Source of the DNA: a virus
Taxonomy: Duplodnaviria; Caudoviricetes
Length of the DNA stretch: 64,000 nt
IMG/VR virus record: IMGVR_UViG_3300033463_000061
Coordinates: 1-64,000 of that record
Reading direction: 5' to 3' (one strand)
In this document: piece after piece, positions 17,019 through 26,086 of the stretch
Layout: the number at the start of each line of letters is the position of its first letter
Position numbering within the stretch: the first letter of the stretch is position 1
The notes under the pieces: model-generated
Told to the model about the DNA's origin: nothing
The model's input: the letters and a program-made list of their open reading frames with translations, nothing else
The model's database searches: none
Made by a program: the position numbers and the translations under genes

Positions 17019-18380
17019 CTACGCCGCGAATCCCTCCGCACGGAGGTCCGCGGCCATCATGGCCCTCGCCGTCATGACGGGGACCGAGTTTCCGATCTGC
17101 TTCACCTTCTCGGTGCGGTTGCCGGTTATCACGTAGTCGTCCGGGAACGAGTGCACCCTCGCGAGCTCGTCGGGCCGGAGCATCCGGATGTGGATGTCCA
17201 CGATGCGCCCGTCGGCCAGCATGGGGTACACGCTGCGGATGAACCCGCCGCACGCCACGGTCGGGCACGGCTCGGTGACGGGACGGCACGCAGACCCTCC
17301 CTGCTGCCCGAGGATGAGCGGGGTGACGAGCCTTATCCCGCGCGACGTCGTCGTGATCGTCGGGCAGGGGTCCGTGACGGGCCTCGCGGGCGAGCCGTTG
17401 TGCTGCCCGAGGATGAGCGGCGTCACGAGCGAGTACCGGTCGTGCGTCATCTGCGTCCCGAGCGGCAGGCTTCCGTCCTGTACCCCGCCGTTGTTGCAGT
17501 GGTCGACCACGATCGGCGTGCACAGCATGTGGTGCGCCCCGGAAGTCGTGATCGCGCTGCACGGGTCGTCTATCGACTCCGCGTAGCAGTTCTTGTTCAT
17601 CCGCACGATGAACGGCCGGATGTCGACGCCCCAGTACTTCTGGGCTCCGACGGCGATGCGCTCGAGGGTCTTTGCCGCTAACGGGCGGCTGCGGTTGAAT
17701 ATGCTCTTGCCCGTGTCCGAGAAGTCGAGGCACTCCTTGACGGCGCGCCAGCGGGGTAGCAGGATCCCGTCCTGCGAGAACGTAGGCTCCGGCCAGACGA
17801 TCTTCCCGCGGCCCTTCTTGACGGCCTTGAGGAAGAACCTGCGGCGGGAGGTCGCGTCGCCGTAGTCGGCGCAGTTGACGATCTTCCACTCGACCTCGTA
17901 GTTGCGGATCTCCAGCGACTTCAGCCACCACTTGAAGAGCTCGCCCTTCTGCGCCTTTATGGGCTTGAGCTCGTCGTCGAGCGGGCCCCAGCTCGTGAAC
18001 TCCGGGACGTTCTCGATCGACAGGCGGTCGACGTCCACGTCGTCGCACCAGTCCAGGACGATGTTCGGCTGCGCCCTCAGCTGCCTGCTGCGCGGCCGTC
18101 CGCCGCACGCCCTCGAGTGGTGCGTGCACGACGGGGACGCGTGCAGGTGGTGTAGGTGCCGCCCTGGGATGACCTCGGACGGTATCACGACGGTGAGGTC
18201 CTGCTCGAAGGTGTGGATCCTCGGGTGGTTGAGCTTCATCGTCTCCACCGCCCTGTTCCAGTGGTTGACCGCCCAGTACTCGTACGGCACGTTTGCTGCG
18301 ACGAGGGCCTCCACGGAGCCGGTGGTGTACCCTCCGGCCCCGCAGAACATGTCCCCCGCCTCGTACAGTTCCTCGGCCAT
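17019..18380 (-). CDS. C5-cytosine DNA methyltransferase
   Basis: DMFCGAGG (I), ASPSC (IV), IENVPEF (VI), SRRRFF (VIII), KQIGNSVP (X). Confidence 0.93.
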   Translation of the reverse strand: MAEELYEAGDMFCGAGGYTTGSVEALVAANVPYEYWAVNHWNRAVETMKLNHPRIHTFEQDLTVVIPSEVIPGRHLHHLHASPSCTHHSRACGGRPRSRQLRAQPNIVLDWCDDVDVDRLSIENVPEFTSWGPLDDELKPIKAQKGELFKWWLKSLEIRNYEVEWKIVNCADYGDATSRRRFFLKAVKKGRGKIVWPEPTFSQDGILLPRWRAVKECLDFSDTGKSIFNRSRPLAAKTLERIAVGAQKYWGVDIRPFIVRMNKNCYAESIDDPCSAITTSGAHHMLCTPIVVDHCNNGGVQDGSLPLGTQMTHDRYSLVTPLILGQHNGSPARPVTDPCPTITTTSRGIRLVTPLILGQQGGSACRPVTEPCPTVACGGFIRSVYPMLADGRIVDIHIRMLRPDELARVHSFPDDYVITGNRTEKVKQIGNSVPVMTARAMMAADLRAEGFAA

Positions 18381-18931
18381 CAGTCGCCCTCCGGTGTGGG
18401 CTTCACGCCTTCGCCTCCGAGCGTCTTCGGGACGAACCGCGCCCGTTTCCACTCGCCGTCGACCATGACGTGCGTGTCGTCCTCGACCTGCACGTCATCG
18501 TCGTCGGACCAGCACGGGTCGTCCTTCGCCTTCCCGACGGCTTCGTCGTACGCCTTCGACTCGGCCTCGTCCTGGGTGTCGGCCTCGACCTCGACCCAGG
18601 TGCTGAGCATCCGCGTCAGGCGCACCTTGTACTTGGGCTTCGGCTGCACGTGCTTCACGGCCGGGACGGGCGGCTTTAGTCCGCCGAGCGGGTTGACCAC
18701 GTAGACCTCGCCGCAGCTGCTCACCTCTATGTCGGGCAGTGCGGTGAACTGCTCGAGCCTGAGGCTGCAATCGCCGGACTTGTAGCAGAACGCCCACCTG
18801 CTGGCGTAGAACTTGTACATGGCGTGCCGCGCCTCGTCCTCGTCCTTCGCCAGCACGGGCTGGACGCACGCGGCGAGCGGCGTGCCGCACCCGAACGTGA
18901 ACAGGTATTTCGATTTCGGTTTCGCGCTCAC
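18380..18931 (-). CDS. Hypothetical protein with a DpnD/PcfM-like module
   Basis: GTG start; KYKVRL...VEVEADTQDEAESKA. Confidence 0.7.
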   Translation of the reverse strand: MSAKPKSKYLFTFGCGTPLAACVQPVLAKDEDEARHAMYKFYASRWAFCYKSGDCSLRLEQFTALPDIEVSSCGEVYVVNPLGGLKPPVPAVKHVQPKPKYKVRLTRMLSTWVEVEADTQDEAESKAYDEAVGKAKDDPCWSDDDDVQVEDDTHVMVDGEWKRARFVPKTLGGEGVKPTPEGD

Positions 18932-19278
18932 AGCCCGTACTCCTTCTTTAGGCAGGCCGCGTCGTTCTGCCCGTGGAACTCGTCTCCGGCGTCGAGGAGC
19001 TTGCTGACGAAGTCTTCGAGCTTGACCGGGGCGAGCCGCGGGAACTTCCCGTTCAGCAGCTCGTCGGAGCGCCCCCAGACGCCGGCGATGCCGACCACTA
19101 CGTCCTCGCAGTCCCCGTCGTGCTTGCCGATCGTGCACTCGAGCTTGCCGGTGGCGTTGTCGCGGACGGGCTCGATGTCGCCCCAGTCTTCCTCCGACGA
19201 GAGGTCGACCGGAACCAGTTCGCCTGTCTTGAGCTGGAGCATGAAGCACCACTCGTCCCACGTGTCGCTAAGGAACAT
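18928..19278 (-). CDS. Hypothetical acidic protein
   Basis: 116 aa. Confidence 0.75.
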   Translation of the reverse strand: MFLSDTWDEWCFMLQLKTGELVPVDLSSEEDWGDIEPVRDNATGKLECTIGKHDGDCEDVVVGIAGVWGRSDELLNGKFPRLAPVKLEDFVSKLLDAGDEFHGQNDAACLKKEYGL

Positions 19279-19288
19279 CCTACGCCTC

Positions 19289-19597
19289 CTATCGTTTCTC
19301 TTCCTTGATTCCCGCGGCCTTCAGCAGAGACCTGTACTCGGCCAGGCCAGCCTCGGTCTTGCCCGCGCGGAGCCGCTCGAACATTCCGAGCAGCTCGGGC
19401 CCGTACAGTTCGATACGCTCCTTGTAGTGGGCGTATTCCCAGTGTTCTGCGTCCCAGTTGGGGCCCTGCACGTAGTCGCGCAGGAGCGACGGCTCCTTCA
19501 CGTAGCTGGGGTTGACCTTGAGCAGGCTTATCGCCCAGCGCTTGAATTGGCGCAGCAGCTTCGGGTCGATTGCTTCGTCCTTCTTTTCGGCTTTCAT
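19289..19597 (-). CDS. Hypothetical protein
   Basis: 102 aa; AAGGAG RBS. Confidence 0.75.
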   Translation of the reverse strand: MKAEKKDEAIDPKLLRQFKRWAISLLKVNPSYVKEPSLLRDYVQGPNWDAEHWEYAHYKERIELYGPELLGMFERLRAGKTEAGLAEYRSLLKAAGIKEEKR

Positions 19598-19606
19598 GCG
19601 GTCTCC

Positions 19607-19879
19607 TTATCTCATTCGTTCCAGTGTGTCCCACGACACCTCCCTGAACCTGATCATCCGCCTCGGCGGGCGCTGGTCCTCCTGTGTCGCCTTGACTGTC
19701 ATATCGTCCGTTCCGTACGCGTAGTCGGCCGCGTCGGTGAGGTCGATGCGCTCCTCCCGCACGAGCTTCTCGGCGTCCTGCCTGGCCTGCTCCTCCGTGT
19801 CGGTCTTGATCGCCACGCGCATGTGCTTGTGGCAGTCGATGTCGACGTAGAACCACTTCTTGCCGTCTTTCTTAGCCAT
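19607..19879 (-). CDS. Small protein, DpnD/PcfM-like pattern
   Basis: FYVDI...VAIKTDTEEQARQDA. Confidence 0.7.
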   Translation of the reverse strand: MAKKDGKKWFYVDIDCHKHMRVAIKTDTEEQARQDAEKLVREERIDLTDAADYAYGTDDMTVKATQEDQRPPRRMIRFREVSWDTLERMR

Positions 19880-20351
19880 TGTCCACCTCCTTTTTCCAGT
19901 CTTTCCAGACGCGGCGGGCCGTCTTGCGGATATGCGTCGCGAGCGCCTCCCAGCTGCGGTAGCCGTCCGGTGCGCTGAACACTCTCTTCGAGTAGACAGT
20001 CTTGCACTCCTTGGCGGAGACGACCTCGAGCGTGTCGTCCACGTCTCCCGCGCAGAGCTCCGGGTTGACCGCGGCCTCCGCCTCCGAGACGTACGGCATC
20101 TCGAAGTCCACGTCGAAGTCGCATTGCATTATGTTGTTGTGGGTCTGGCGCCCGATCTTCCAGGCGACGACCCACTGCTGCTTGCCGTTCTCGTCCGTGC
20201 CGTTGTCGTGCCAGCCCATGCACACGCAATAGCGGTATTTGTCGTTGTCCGCGAAGTACACGGAGCAGCAGCCCTGGTCTTCCTTCAGGAGCCACTCGTA
20301 CCAGCCCTTCACCGTCTTGCCGGTGACTCCCTTCAGGTCACACTGTTTCAT
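19872..20351 (-). CDS. Hypothetical protein
   Basis: 159 aa; MQCDFDVDFEMPY. Confidence 0.8.
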   Translation of the reverse strand: MKQCDLKGVTGKTVKGWYEWLLKEDQGCCSVYFADNDKYRYCVCMGWHDNGTDENGKQQWVVAWKIGRQTHNNIMQCDFDVDFEMPYVSEAEAAVNPELCAGDVDDTLEVVSAKECKTVYSKRVFSAPDGYRSWEALATHIRKTARRVWKDWKKEVDNG

Positions 20352-20655
20352 CTTTTAGCCTCCTATGGTCTACGAGATAGGTTATCTCGTGCCGAGTTCG
20401 CCCCAGCAGCCAGTCCTTGGCGAATCCGGGATCCGGCTCGTACGGGATCCGTCTGTGCATGAAGTCGACGGCCAGCTGGACAAGCGCATTCCTGCGCGTC
20501 CCGAACTTGTACCACTGGACGTGCTCCTTCCTGCGGTGGTCGAATAGGCACCACCAGACCCTCCCGTCCAGCGCGGTGCGCTTGACCGGCTCGAACCTCG
20601 ACTGTCCGAACCGGACGAACCGGCACTGCGGGTACCTGCGGTCACGCGTCCGCAT
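20338..20655 (-). CDS. Hypothetical protein
   Basis: 105 aa. Confidence 0.7.
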   Translation of the reverse strand: MRTRDRRYPQCRFVRFGQSRFEPVKRTALDGRVWWCLFDHRRKEHVQWYKFGTRRNALVQLAVDFMHRRIPYEPDPGFAKDWLLGRTRHEITYLVDHRRLKDETV

Positions 20656-21016
20656 ATCGCTTTGCCTCCTTCTTGGTGTAGTCCACGAGCCTGATCCGGA
20701 TGCCGGCCTCCTTCGCCTTTTTCTTGACGAACTCGGGGTCGATCAGGTACCAGTTCCAGTGCTGGGGGAAGTGCATGCGGCACAGGATGGCTGCCTGGCG
20801 CTTCGTGCGCACCCGCGACATGAACACGACATGCTTGAACGCGTTGAACTTCCCCTCGACGGGGTTGTAGTTCGTCCCGCACACGGCCCAGCGGTGGCCG
20901 CCGACGCGGACAACGGAAAACCGCGTCTGCGTCGCGACCTTGCCGTCCGGGAGGACCCGGACGGTAACGGACTTCGTTGTGACGGCGCCCGGCGGGAGGT
21001 TGTCGTCCTGTCTCAT
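20642..21016 (-). CDS. Hypothetical protein
   Basis: Start MRQDD (or GTG at 21025). Confidence 0.7.
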   Translation of the reverse strand: MRQDDNLPPGAVTTKSVTVRVLPDGKVATQTRFSVVRVGGHRWAVCGTNYNPVEGKFNAFKHVVFMSRVRTKRQAAILCRMHFPQHWNWYLIDPEFVKKKAKEAGIRIRLVDYTKKEAKRYADA

Positions 21017-21021
21017 GACAG

Positions 21022-21804
21022 TCACCCCAGCACGTTGTCGATGAGGCCGCGCTTCTGCACGACGTCGTAGAGGGTTGACGCCGCCCTGCTGTCCTCGAGC
21101 GAGAGGTCTATCGCGTCGAGCTGGTCCTTGAAGTCGGAGTAGTCCTTGAACCCCCGTCGCAGCACGTCGGCCAGGGCGGTTACAACCGAATTTGCGGCGC
21201 CGACGCGGGTGAGCCTGCCGCGGGCGAGGTACTTTCCGGCGCGGATGACGGATGAGAGCGGGTACTCGCTCCCGACGTACTCCGTACGGCCTGTTACCGC
21301 CGCCTCGATGAACCCGTCCGTGCAGTACGCGTCGCACGAATGCGGCCCATCGCCGTAGCCGGAGAACGTGATGCCGGCCTGGATGTGGGTGAAGTCGAAC
21401 GACTTCACCAGCTCCTTCAGCGACGGCTTGCAGTACCTGCAGAACTGCACGACCTGCCTGTTCGGGAGCTCGACCGTCAGCGCGTTGGCCGTGTGCGACA
21501 GGACCTTGCAGCCAAGGCTTTCCGCCTTCGCCCCGACCACGTCGATGATGAACTCGTTGCCCTTGACGGGGTAGAGGTCGAAGTCGCTGACCTTGTCGCC
21601 GCAGACCGCGCCGCCGGCGAGGATGAACGGCTTGTCGTCGACGAGCGAGTAGACCTTGACGTAGTCCAGCCTGTACGCCCGCATGCAGATGGTCTTCCGC
21701 GCCACCGCCTTCAGGTGTACGGCAAGCCCAGCGTCGAGCTTGGCTTTCGAGGTTTCCTGGGTCTCCGGGGTCTCCGGATCCGGCGCCTGTTCTATTTCTT
21801 CCAT
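21022..21804 (-). CDS. Nucleotidyltransferase (poly(A) polymerase/CCA-adding head-like)
   Basis: FILAGGAV...SDFDLY (GG...DxD) and SFDFT motifs. Confidence 0.75.
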   Translation of the reverse strand: MEEIEQAPDPETPETQETSKAKLDAGLAVHLKAVARKTICMRAYRLDYVKVYSLVDDKPFILAGGAVCGDKVSDFDLYPVKGNEFIIDVVGAKAESLGCKVLSHTANALTVELPNRQVVQFCRYCKPSLKELVKSFDFTHIQAGITFSGYGDGPHSCDAYCTDGFIEAAVTGRTEYVGSEYPLSSVIRAGKYLARGRLTRVGAANSVVTALADVLRRGFKDYSDFKDQLDAIDLSLEDSRAASTLYDVVQKRGLIDNVLG

Positions 21805-21814
21805 GTTTCCTCCT

Positions 21815-22183
21815 CTACTGGTTGTCGAAACTCGCGAGGTGCTTGATGAACTCCTGGCTCATCTTGCACCCCTTGAGCGTGCATACGATCGCCTGCATTC
21901 TCGCGACCATCTCGTCCGGCTTCATGTTCGAGTCGAGGATGTCCATCATCTTCGACAGCGCCTCGCAGGTCGTGAGCCCGCCGACGAACTCGGTAGTCAT
22001 CGCGGTTATGCTGCGGCCGAGAAGCGTGCCCTCCGTGATGTCCTCTGTGTGGTTCTCGAACATCTCCGCGAGCGAGTCAAGCCGGTCTTCGTGGGACTCG
22101 CCCCCGACCCGGAAGTCGAGGACGGCCTCCATCTTGACGCGGATGTTCTCAGTCTCGGAGCAGTCCATGGTGTTGACGTCCAT
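21815..22183 (-). CDS. Hypothetical protein
   Basis: 122 aa. Confidence 0.75.
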   Translation of the reverse strand: MDVNTMDCSETENIRVKMEAVLDFRVGGESHEDRLDSLAEMFENHTEDITEGTLLGRSITAMTTEFVGGLTTCEALSKMMDILDSNMKPDEMVARMQAIVCTLKGCKMSQEFIKHLASFDNQ

Positions 22184-22184
22184 G

Positions 22185-22439
22185 CTACCCCTCCACTCTC
22201 GCTTCGGACACGTACCAGTTGACGCCGTCGTCCTCTGTGCCGGCGATGTAGGCGGTTTCCTCCTCGCACTCGTCGTCGAAGATGAAGTCCGGGTCCGGGA
22301 ACTTCTCCTTCTTGGTCTTGGTGAAGTCGGCGATCATCGCGTCCTTCGCCGCCGCCTTCGACGAAAACACCCGGACCTGCGGGTCCGACGCGTTTCCGGA
22401 CTCGTCCCGGTCTATGCGTGTAAGAACTCCAACTGTCAT
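22185..22439 (-). CDS. Hypothetical acidic protein
   Basis: Start MTVGVL, coupled. Confidence 0.75.
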   Translation of the reverse strand: MTVGVLTRIDRDESGNASDPQVRVFSSKAAAKDAMIADFTKTKKEKFPDPDFIFDDECEEETAYIAGTEDDGVNWYVSEARVEG

Positions 22440-23149
22440 GCTGTTTTCTCCTTTCTGAACCACCTGGTTCCGTCCTCCTCGAACTCCCACCCGTTCGCCT
22501 CGCAGAAGTCCCTGAAGTATTCCTCGCTTTCCTGGTCGCGCCAGTCGTTTTCGGCCGCTTGGAAGAGAGACTCCACGCAGTCGCGCAGCACGCTCCTGAC
22601 CGTGTTGCGGTCGTCGGCCGCGATCGTGCGGACCGTCGACTGGCGCCGTGTCTTCTTCTCGGCGTCCCAGACCGTCCCGAAGCAGAAGTACGCCAGCGGG
22701 TCCACGGCATCGTTGTCGAAGCACACGCCAGTGAACGGGCACGTCCCGTCGTACACGCGGTCGTAGAAGACCTTCGACTGGTACACGCGGCTGTCGGCGG
22801 ATACGGCCCTGAACAGCTTTCCGTCCTTGTCGTGCGTCCAGTAGTGGCGCGTGGGGGTCAGCAGTATGTGGGCGTGGTTGTTCCAGAACCAGGCCCTGGC
22901 GCGGTTGCCCCTGAGGGCGAGCACGTCGTCGTCGATGCGGGCCATGCTTACGCTGAACCGGTGGCTGTACGGGCTGTACGACCAGTCGGTGATGTCGACC
23001 CCGAACTCCTTCTCGAAGGCCTCGATCGTGTCGCGGACCTCCTGCCCCCAGTGGTGCTCCTCGCTCTCGCACCACTTGTTGAGGGCGCGTTCCTTCGCCT
23101 CGTCGGAGAGTTCGTCGTAAGTAAAGACCTTTACTGTGGCATCCCTCAT
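22436..23149 (-). CDS. Hypothetical protein of a widespread mobile-element family
   Basis: VFTYDELSDEAKERA...CPFTGVCFD...SEEYF..FCEANGWEFEEDG. Confidence 0.75.
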   Translation of the reverse strand: MRDATVKVFTYDELSDEAKERALNKWCESEEHHWGQEVRDTIEAFEKEFGVDITDWSYSPYSHRFSVSMARIDDDVLALRGNRARAWFWNNHAHILLTPTRHYWTHDKDGKLFRAVSADSRVYQSKVFYDRVYDGTCPFTGVCFDNDAVDPLAYFCFGTVWDAEKKTRRQSTVRTIAADDRNTVRSVLRDCVESLFQAAENDWRDQESEEYFRDFCEANGWEFEEDGTRWFRKEKTA

Positions 23150-23541
23150 TCCCAGCCTCCCCTGTCTATGCGGCGTTCCGGCGGGAACGGGAGCTCGCGC
23201 ATGTCGATCCCGTCCGTGTCGAACAGCTGCGCGATCGCCGCCCGCACGGTCTTCTCGAACATGACCTTGGCGAGCGTCTCCCTGCTCGAGCTGCGGCGGC
23301 TGCACTCGCAGAGAAGGAGCTTTCCGCCGGTGAACGCGGCGAAGCTCTCGAAGTTCTCGCCCTTGGAGATCGGCGTCACGTGCAGGTAGTACCCCCGCTT
23401 GTCGACCTGGCCGGTCCCCCAGTTGTGTCCGCCGAGGCTGTACTTGATCTCGCACTTTACGTGTGTACAGTCGTTTTTCTCGCCGGTCTGCGTTGTGACA
23501 AACCCCTTTGCCACGGGGCATAGCACTGTAAGTATGCTCAT
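23146..23541 (-). CDS. Hypothetical protein, paralog of 23538..23909
   Basis: YSLGGHN...KRGYYLHVTP. Confidence 0.8.
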   Translation of the reverse strand: MSILTVLCPVAKGFVTTQTGEKNDCTHVKCEIKYSLGGHNWGTGQVDKRGYYLHVTPISKGENFESFAAFTGGKLLLCECSRRSSSRETLAKVMFEKTVRAAIAQLFDTDGIDMRELPFPPERRIDRGGWE

Positions 23542-23909
23542 TTCCTCTCCTTCACTTCTGGGTTTGCAAAGTCGATGTCCTTGTAGTCCGGCTTGCCCTC
23601 GAAGAACTTCCTGACGAGGTTCTGGTGGGTCTCGTCAAACATCTTCAGGGCTTCGGCGTCGCGCTTCGGGCTGCGGCGGGCGCACTCGAGCGTCAGCCAC
23701 TTACCTGCGGTATACAGCACATAGGTCTCGAGGAACCCGTCGCGCTTGACCGGAGCCACGGAGATGTAGTATCCCCGCTTCTCGGGCTGCCCCGAGATGC
23801 AGTTGTGCCCGCCCTTGCTGTAGTGCAGGCCGCACCGCACGAACGGTTTGTTATTCTCGTTGTCATGCCCTTTCACGGGGTAGTAGACGATCTTTTCAAT
23901 GCTTCCCAT
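23538..23909 (-). CDS. Hypothetical protein, paralog of 23146..23541
   Basis: YSKGGHN...KRGYYISVAP. Confidence 0.8.
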   Translation of the reverse strand: MGSIEKIVYYPVKGHDNENNKPFVRCGLHYSKGGHNCISGQPEKRGYYISVAPVKRDGFLETYVLYTAGKWLTLECARRSPKRDAEALKMFDETHQNLVRKFFEGKPDYKDIDFANPEVKERK

Positions 23910-24306
23910 CGCCTGCCTCCTTTACAACTTCGATTGCCGGACAGTCGTCGCCGTCTTCGGCCTCGAACCCGTCGGTCCAGACGCAGACCTGCCCGGCGTT
24001 GACCCGTTCCCGCATCTCGCGCACCGCGTCCTCGGGCGACTTCGCCCAGATGCGGTAGTTCCTGCTAACCGGCCAGGTGACGCGGACTTCGTGGACCGTC
24101 CCCGTGACGCCGGCCGAGCACGAGAAGTCGTCCGGCGAGAACTCCATCCCGGCCGCCCACTTCTTTGCCTCCTCGTCGGATATGAGCTTGACGGCCTGCA
24201 CGAACTCGTGGTACGACGTGCCCTCGCCGCGTTTCCCGTTCCGCTCGTCAAGGATGCGCTGCTTGACTTCCTCGCGCTGGGCTTCGTTAAGTTCCTCCCA
24301 TGTCAT
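23896..24306 (-). CDS. Two-module hypothetical protein
   Basis: MTWEELNEAQ...FSPDDF followed by EVRV...IWAKSPEDA. Confidence 0.75.
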   Translation of the reverse strand: MTWEELNEAQREEVKQRILDERNGKRGEGTSYHEFVQAVKLISDEEAKKWAAGMEFSPDDFSCSAGVTGTVHEVRVTWPVSRNYRIWAKSPEDAVREMRERVNAGQVCVWTDGFEAEDGDDCPAIEVVKEAGDGKH

Positions 24307-24478
24307 TTGGGCCCTCCACTTTCTTTACGTTCATTGTTATCCCGTGCGACTCCCAGTTGTAGTGCCCGTGGGTCAGGATCGCGTCGGCCTTGCGCATGGC
24401 GTCCTTCTTGGACGTCGCCTCGACCTCGATCTGGCAGACCAGCTTCTCGGTCGAGGTGACGGTGTATCTGCCAGTCAT
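24287..24478 (-). CDS. Small protein, DpnD/PcfM-like pattern
   Basis: RYTV...IEVEATSKKDAMRKA. Confidence 0.7.
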   Translation of the reverse strand: MTGRYTVTSTEKLVCQIEVEATSKKDAMRKADAILTHGHYNWESHGITMNVKKVEGPNDMGGT

Positions 24479-24663
24479 TTCCCGTGCCCCCTGCGCCAGA
24501 ACATGAGCTTGCGGAAGAACGCGCGGACCTTGCGGAACCGCGCGCGCCACTCCTCGCGGATCTTCTCCATCTCCATCTCGAGACGCTCCTGCTCGATCGG
24601 GTCGTACTCCCGTGCGCACGACCCGTCGGGGCGGGTGTACACGCACCCGTCACACGTGTGCAT
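24475..24663 (-). CDS. Small Cys-containing protein
   Basis: CDGC...C; 62 aa. Confidence 0.7.
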   Translation of the reverse strand: MHTCDGCVYTRPDGSCAREYDPIEQERLEMEMEKIREEWRARFRKVRAFFRKLMFWRRGHGK

Positions 24664-24976
24664 CGCCGCCTCCCATTACCTCGCAGGGGTAGACCCGCCA
24701 GACGATCTCGCGGTCGTCCTTCGAGTAGCAGCACCGGAACCCGCGCTTCAGCAGCTTGACGCCCTCGGACATGACCTCCTCGACGGCGTCGTCGATCTCC
24801 TCGTCGCCGGCGTCGGAGCCCTCGAGGTCCTCGACGATGCGCTCGCGCACGGCATCGCGCAGCTGGCGCATGGCGATGCGCCGGCTGGCGCACGCAAGCC
24901 CCCAGGACGACAGCGACTCGTGGATCGTCGTGTGGTCCTGGGTGAGGGTGAACGCCTCAACAAGCATCCATATCAT
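24650..24976 (-). CDS. Hypothetical protein
   Basis: Start MIWML, coupled. Confidence 0.7.
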   Translation of the reverse strand: MIWMLVEAFTLTQDHTTIHESLSSWGLACASRRIAMRQLRDAVRERIVEDLEGSDAGDEEIDDAVEEVMSEGVKLLKRGFRCCYSKDDREIVWRVYPCEVMGGGDAHV

Positions 24977-25347
24977 TGGAACATCCTCCATACGCGCGCC
25001 CTGATGGCGTCGCTGAGCATGAGCCGCTCCGCCTGCGTCATGGTTATCTCGTTGCTGTCGCAGACGAGCTTGGTCTTGCCGTGGAACTTCGCCCCCGTGC
25101 GTACGAGCAGCCGGGACGTGCCGGGACGGCCTTCCTCGACGACCGTCTTCGAGTACGCCAGGCAGCTGAGCTCCTCGAGCAGCACGGCGACGTCCGCCCC
25201 CGTCAGAACCACCGTGTCGACGACGACGGGGTGTCCGCCCGGGTCGCAGTTGCTGTCGTTGTCGAGATTTGCCTTCGACGCGACCTGCAGCGTCATGTGC
25301 GACATGGTCACGTCGAAGAATATCCTGTCCCCTGATTTAAGCGTCAT
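24973..25347 (-). CDS. Hypothetical protein
   Basis: 124 aa; TAATG coupling. Confidence 0.75.
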   Translation of the reverse strand: MTLKSGDRIFFDVTMSHMTLQVASKANLDNDSNCDPGGHPVVVDTVVLTGADVAVLLEELSCLAYSKTVVEEGRPGTSRLLVRTGAKFHGKTKLVCDSNEITMTQAERLMLSDAIRARVWRMFQ

Positions 25348-25721
25348 TATTTTGCCCTTTCTGGTTTAGCCAACGAGAGGCCCATGCTGGCGAGGACCGC
25401 ACGGAGCTCGATCAGCGATCTGTTGCCGAAGTTGCGGTAGCGGCGCATGTCACACTCGGACTTGGCGATGATGTCGCCAACCGTGTGTAGATCGGCGTTG
25501 TACAAGCAGTTGCTGAGCCTGGTCGAGATGTTGAGCTCGTCCACAGAGATCAGCTCGGGCGGCACAGGCGTAGGCGCGAGCGCCGTCTCGATCAGCGAGA
25601 GCATCAGCGGTTTCTGCTGCGCTGTCGCGTCCGGTATCGCGGCCTTCAGCGCGGAAAGAGCGTCGCGAAGACGCTTGTTGTCCTTCCGCAGTACGTCGGC
25701 AATCCGTTTGTAGGTATCCAT
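25347..25721 (-). CDS. RNA polymerase alpha-subunit C-terminal-domain-like protein
   Basis: ISVDELNISTRLSNCLYNADLHTVGDIIAKSECDMRRYRNFGNRSLIELRAVLASMGLSL matches the alpha-CTD consensus; short N-terminal coiled coil. Confidence 0.88.
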   Translation of the reverse strand: MDTYKRIADVLRKDNKRLRDALSALKAAIPDATAQQKPLMLSLIETALAPTPVPPELISVDELNISTRLSNCLYNADLHTVGDIIAKSECDMRRYRNFGNRSLIELRAVLASMGLSLAKPERAK

Positions 25722-25726
25722 CGTAG

Positions 25727-26086
25727 TTATCCTTTCATTGTGTCCACTACCGCGGCCTTGAGCGCCCATGCGAGCGCGGCCGCGTGGTCCTCGTCGAGGA
25801 CTGTGCGCTGCGTCCTTTCGTCGTTGTGACGCTCATAGACGTGACATAGGCCGTCCCGCTCGAGGCGAAGCACGTACACCTCCCCGCTGTCAGCCGTGAC
25901 TTCCACGCTTTCGAGCTCCCTGGACAGGCAGCGGACCATAGCCGCGGCGTCGGTCACGCGGAACTTGCGCTTGACGTCCGGCCTGTATTCGCTGCACAGC
26001 TCGACGACCACCAGGCCGCGCTCACTCCGGATGTGCAGGTTCACTGACCGCGCCACCGGCTCCGGTCTCGTTACCGTTATCTTCAT
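25727..26086 (-). CDS. Hypothetical protein
   Basis: 119 aa. Confidence 0.75.
   Translation of the reverse strand: MKITVTRPEPVARSVNLHIRSERGLVVVELCSEYRPDVKRKFRVTDAAAMVRCLSRELESVEVTADSGEVYVLRLERDGLCHVYERHNDERTQRTVLDEDHAAALAWALKAAVVDTMKG

Noticed and set aside
12836-18380. Methyltransferases as part of a restriction-modification system
   Set aside because: No adjacent cognate endonuclease; typical orphan phage methyltransferases
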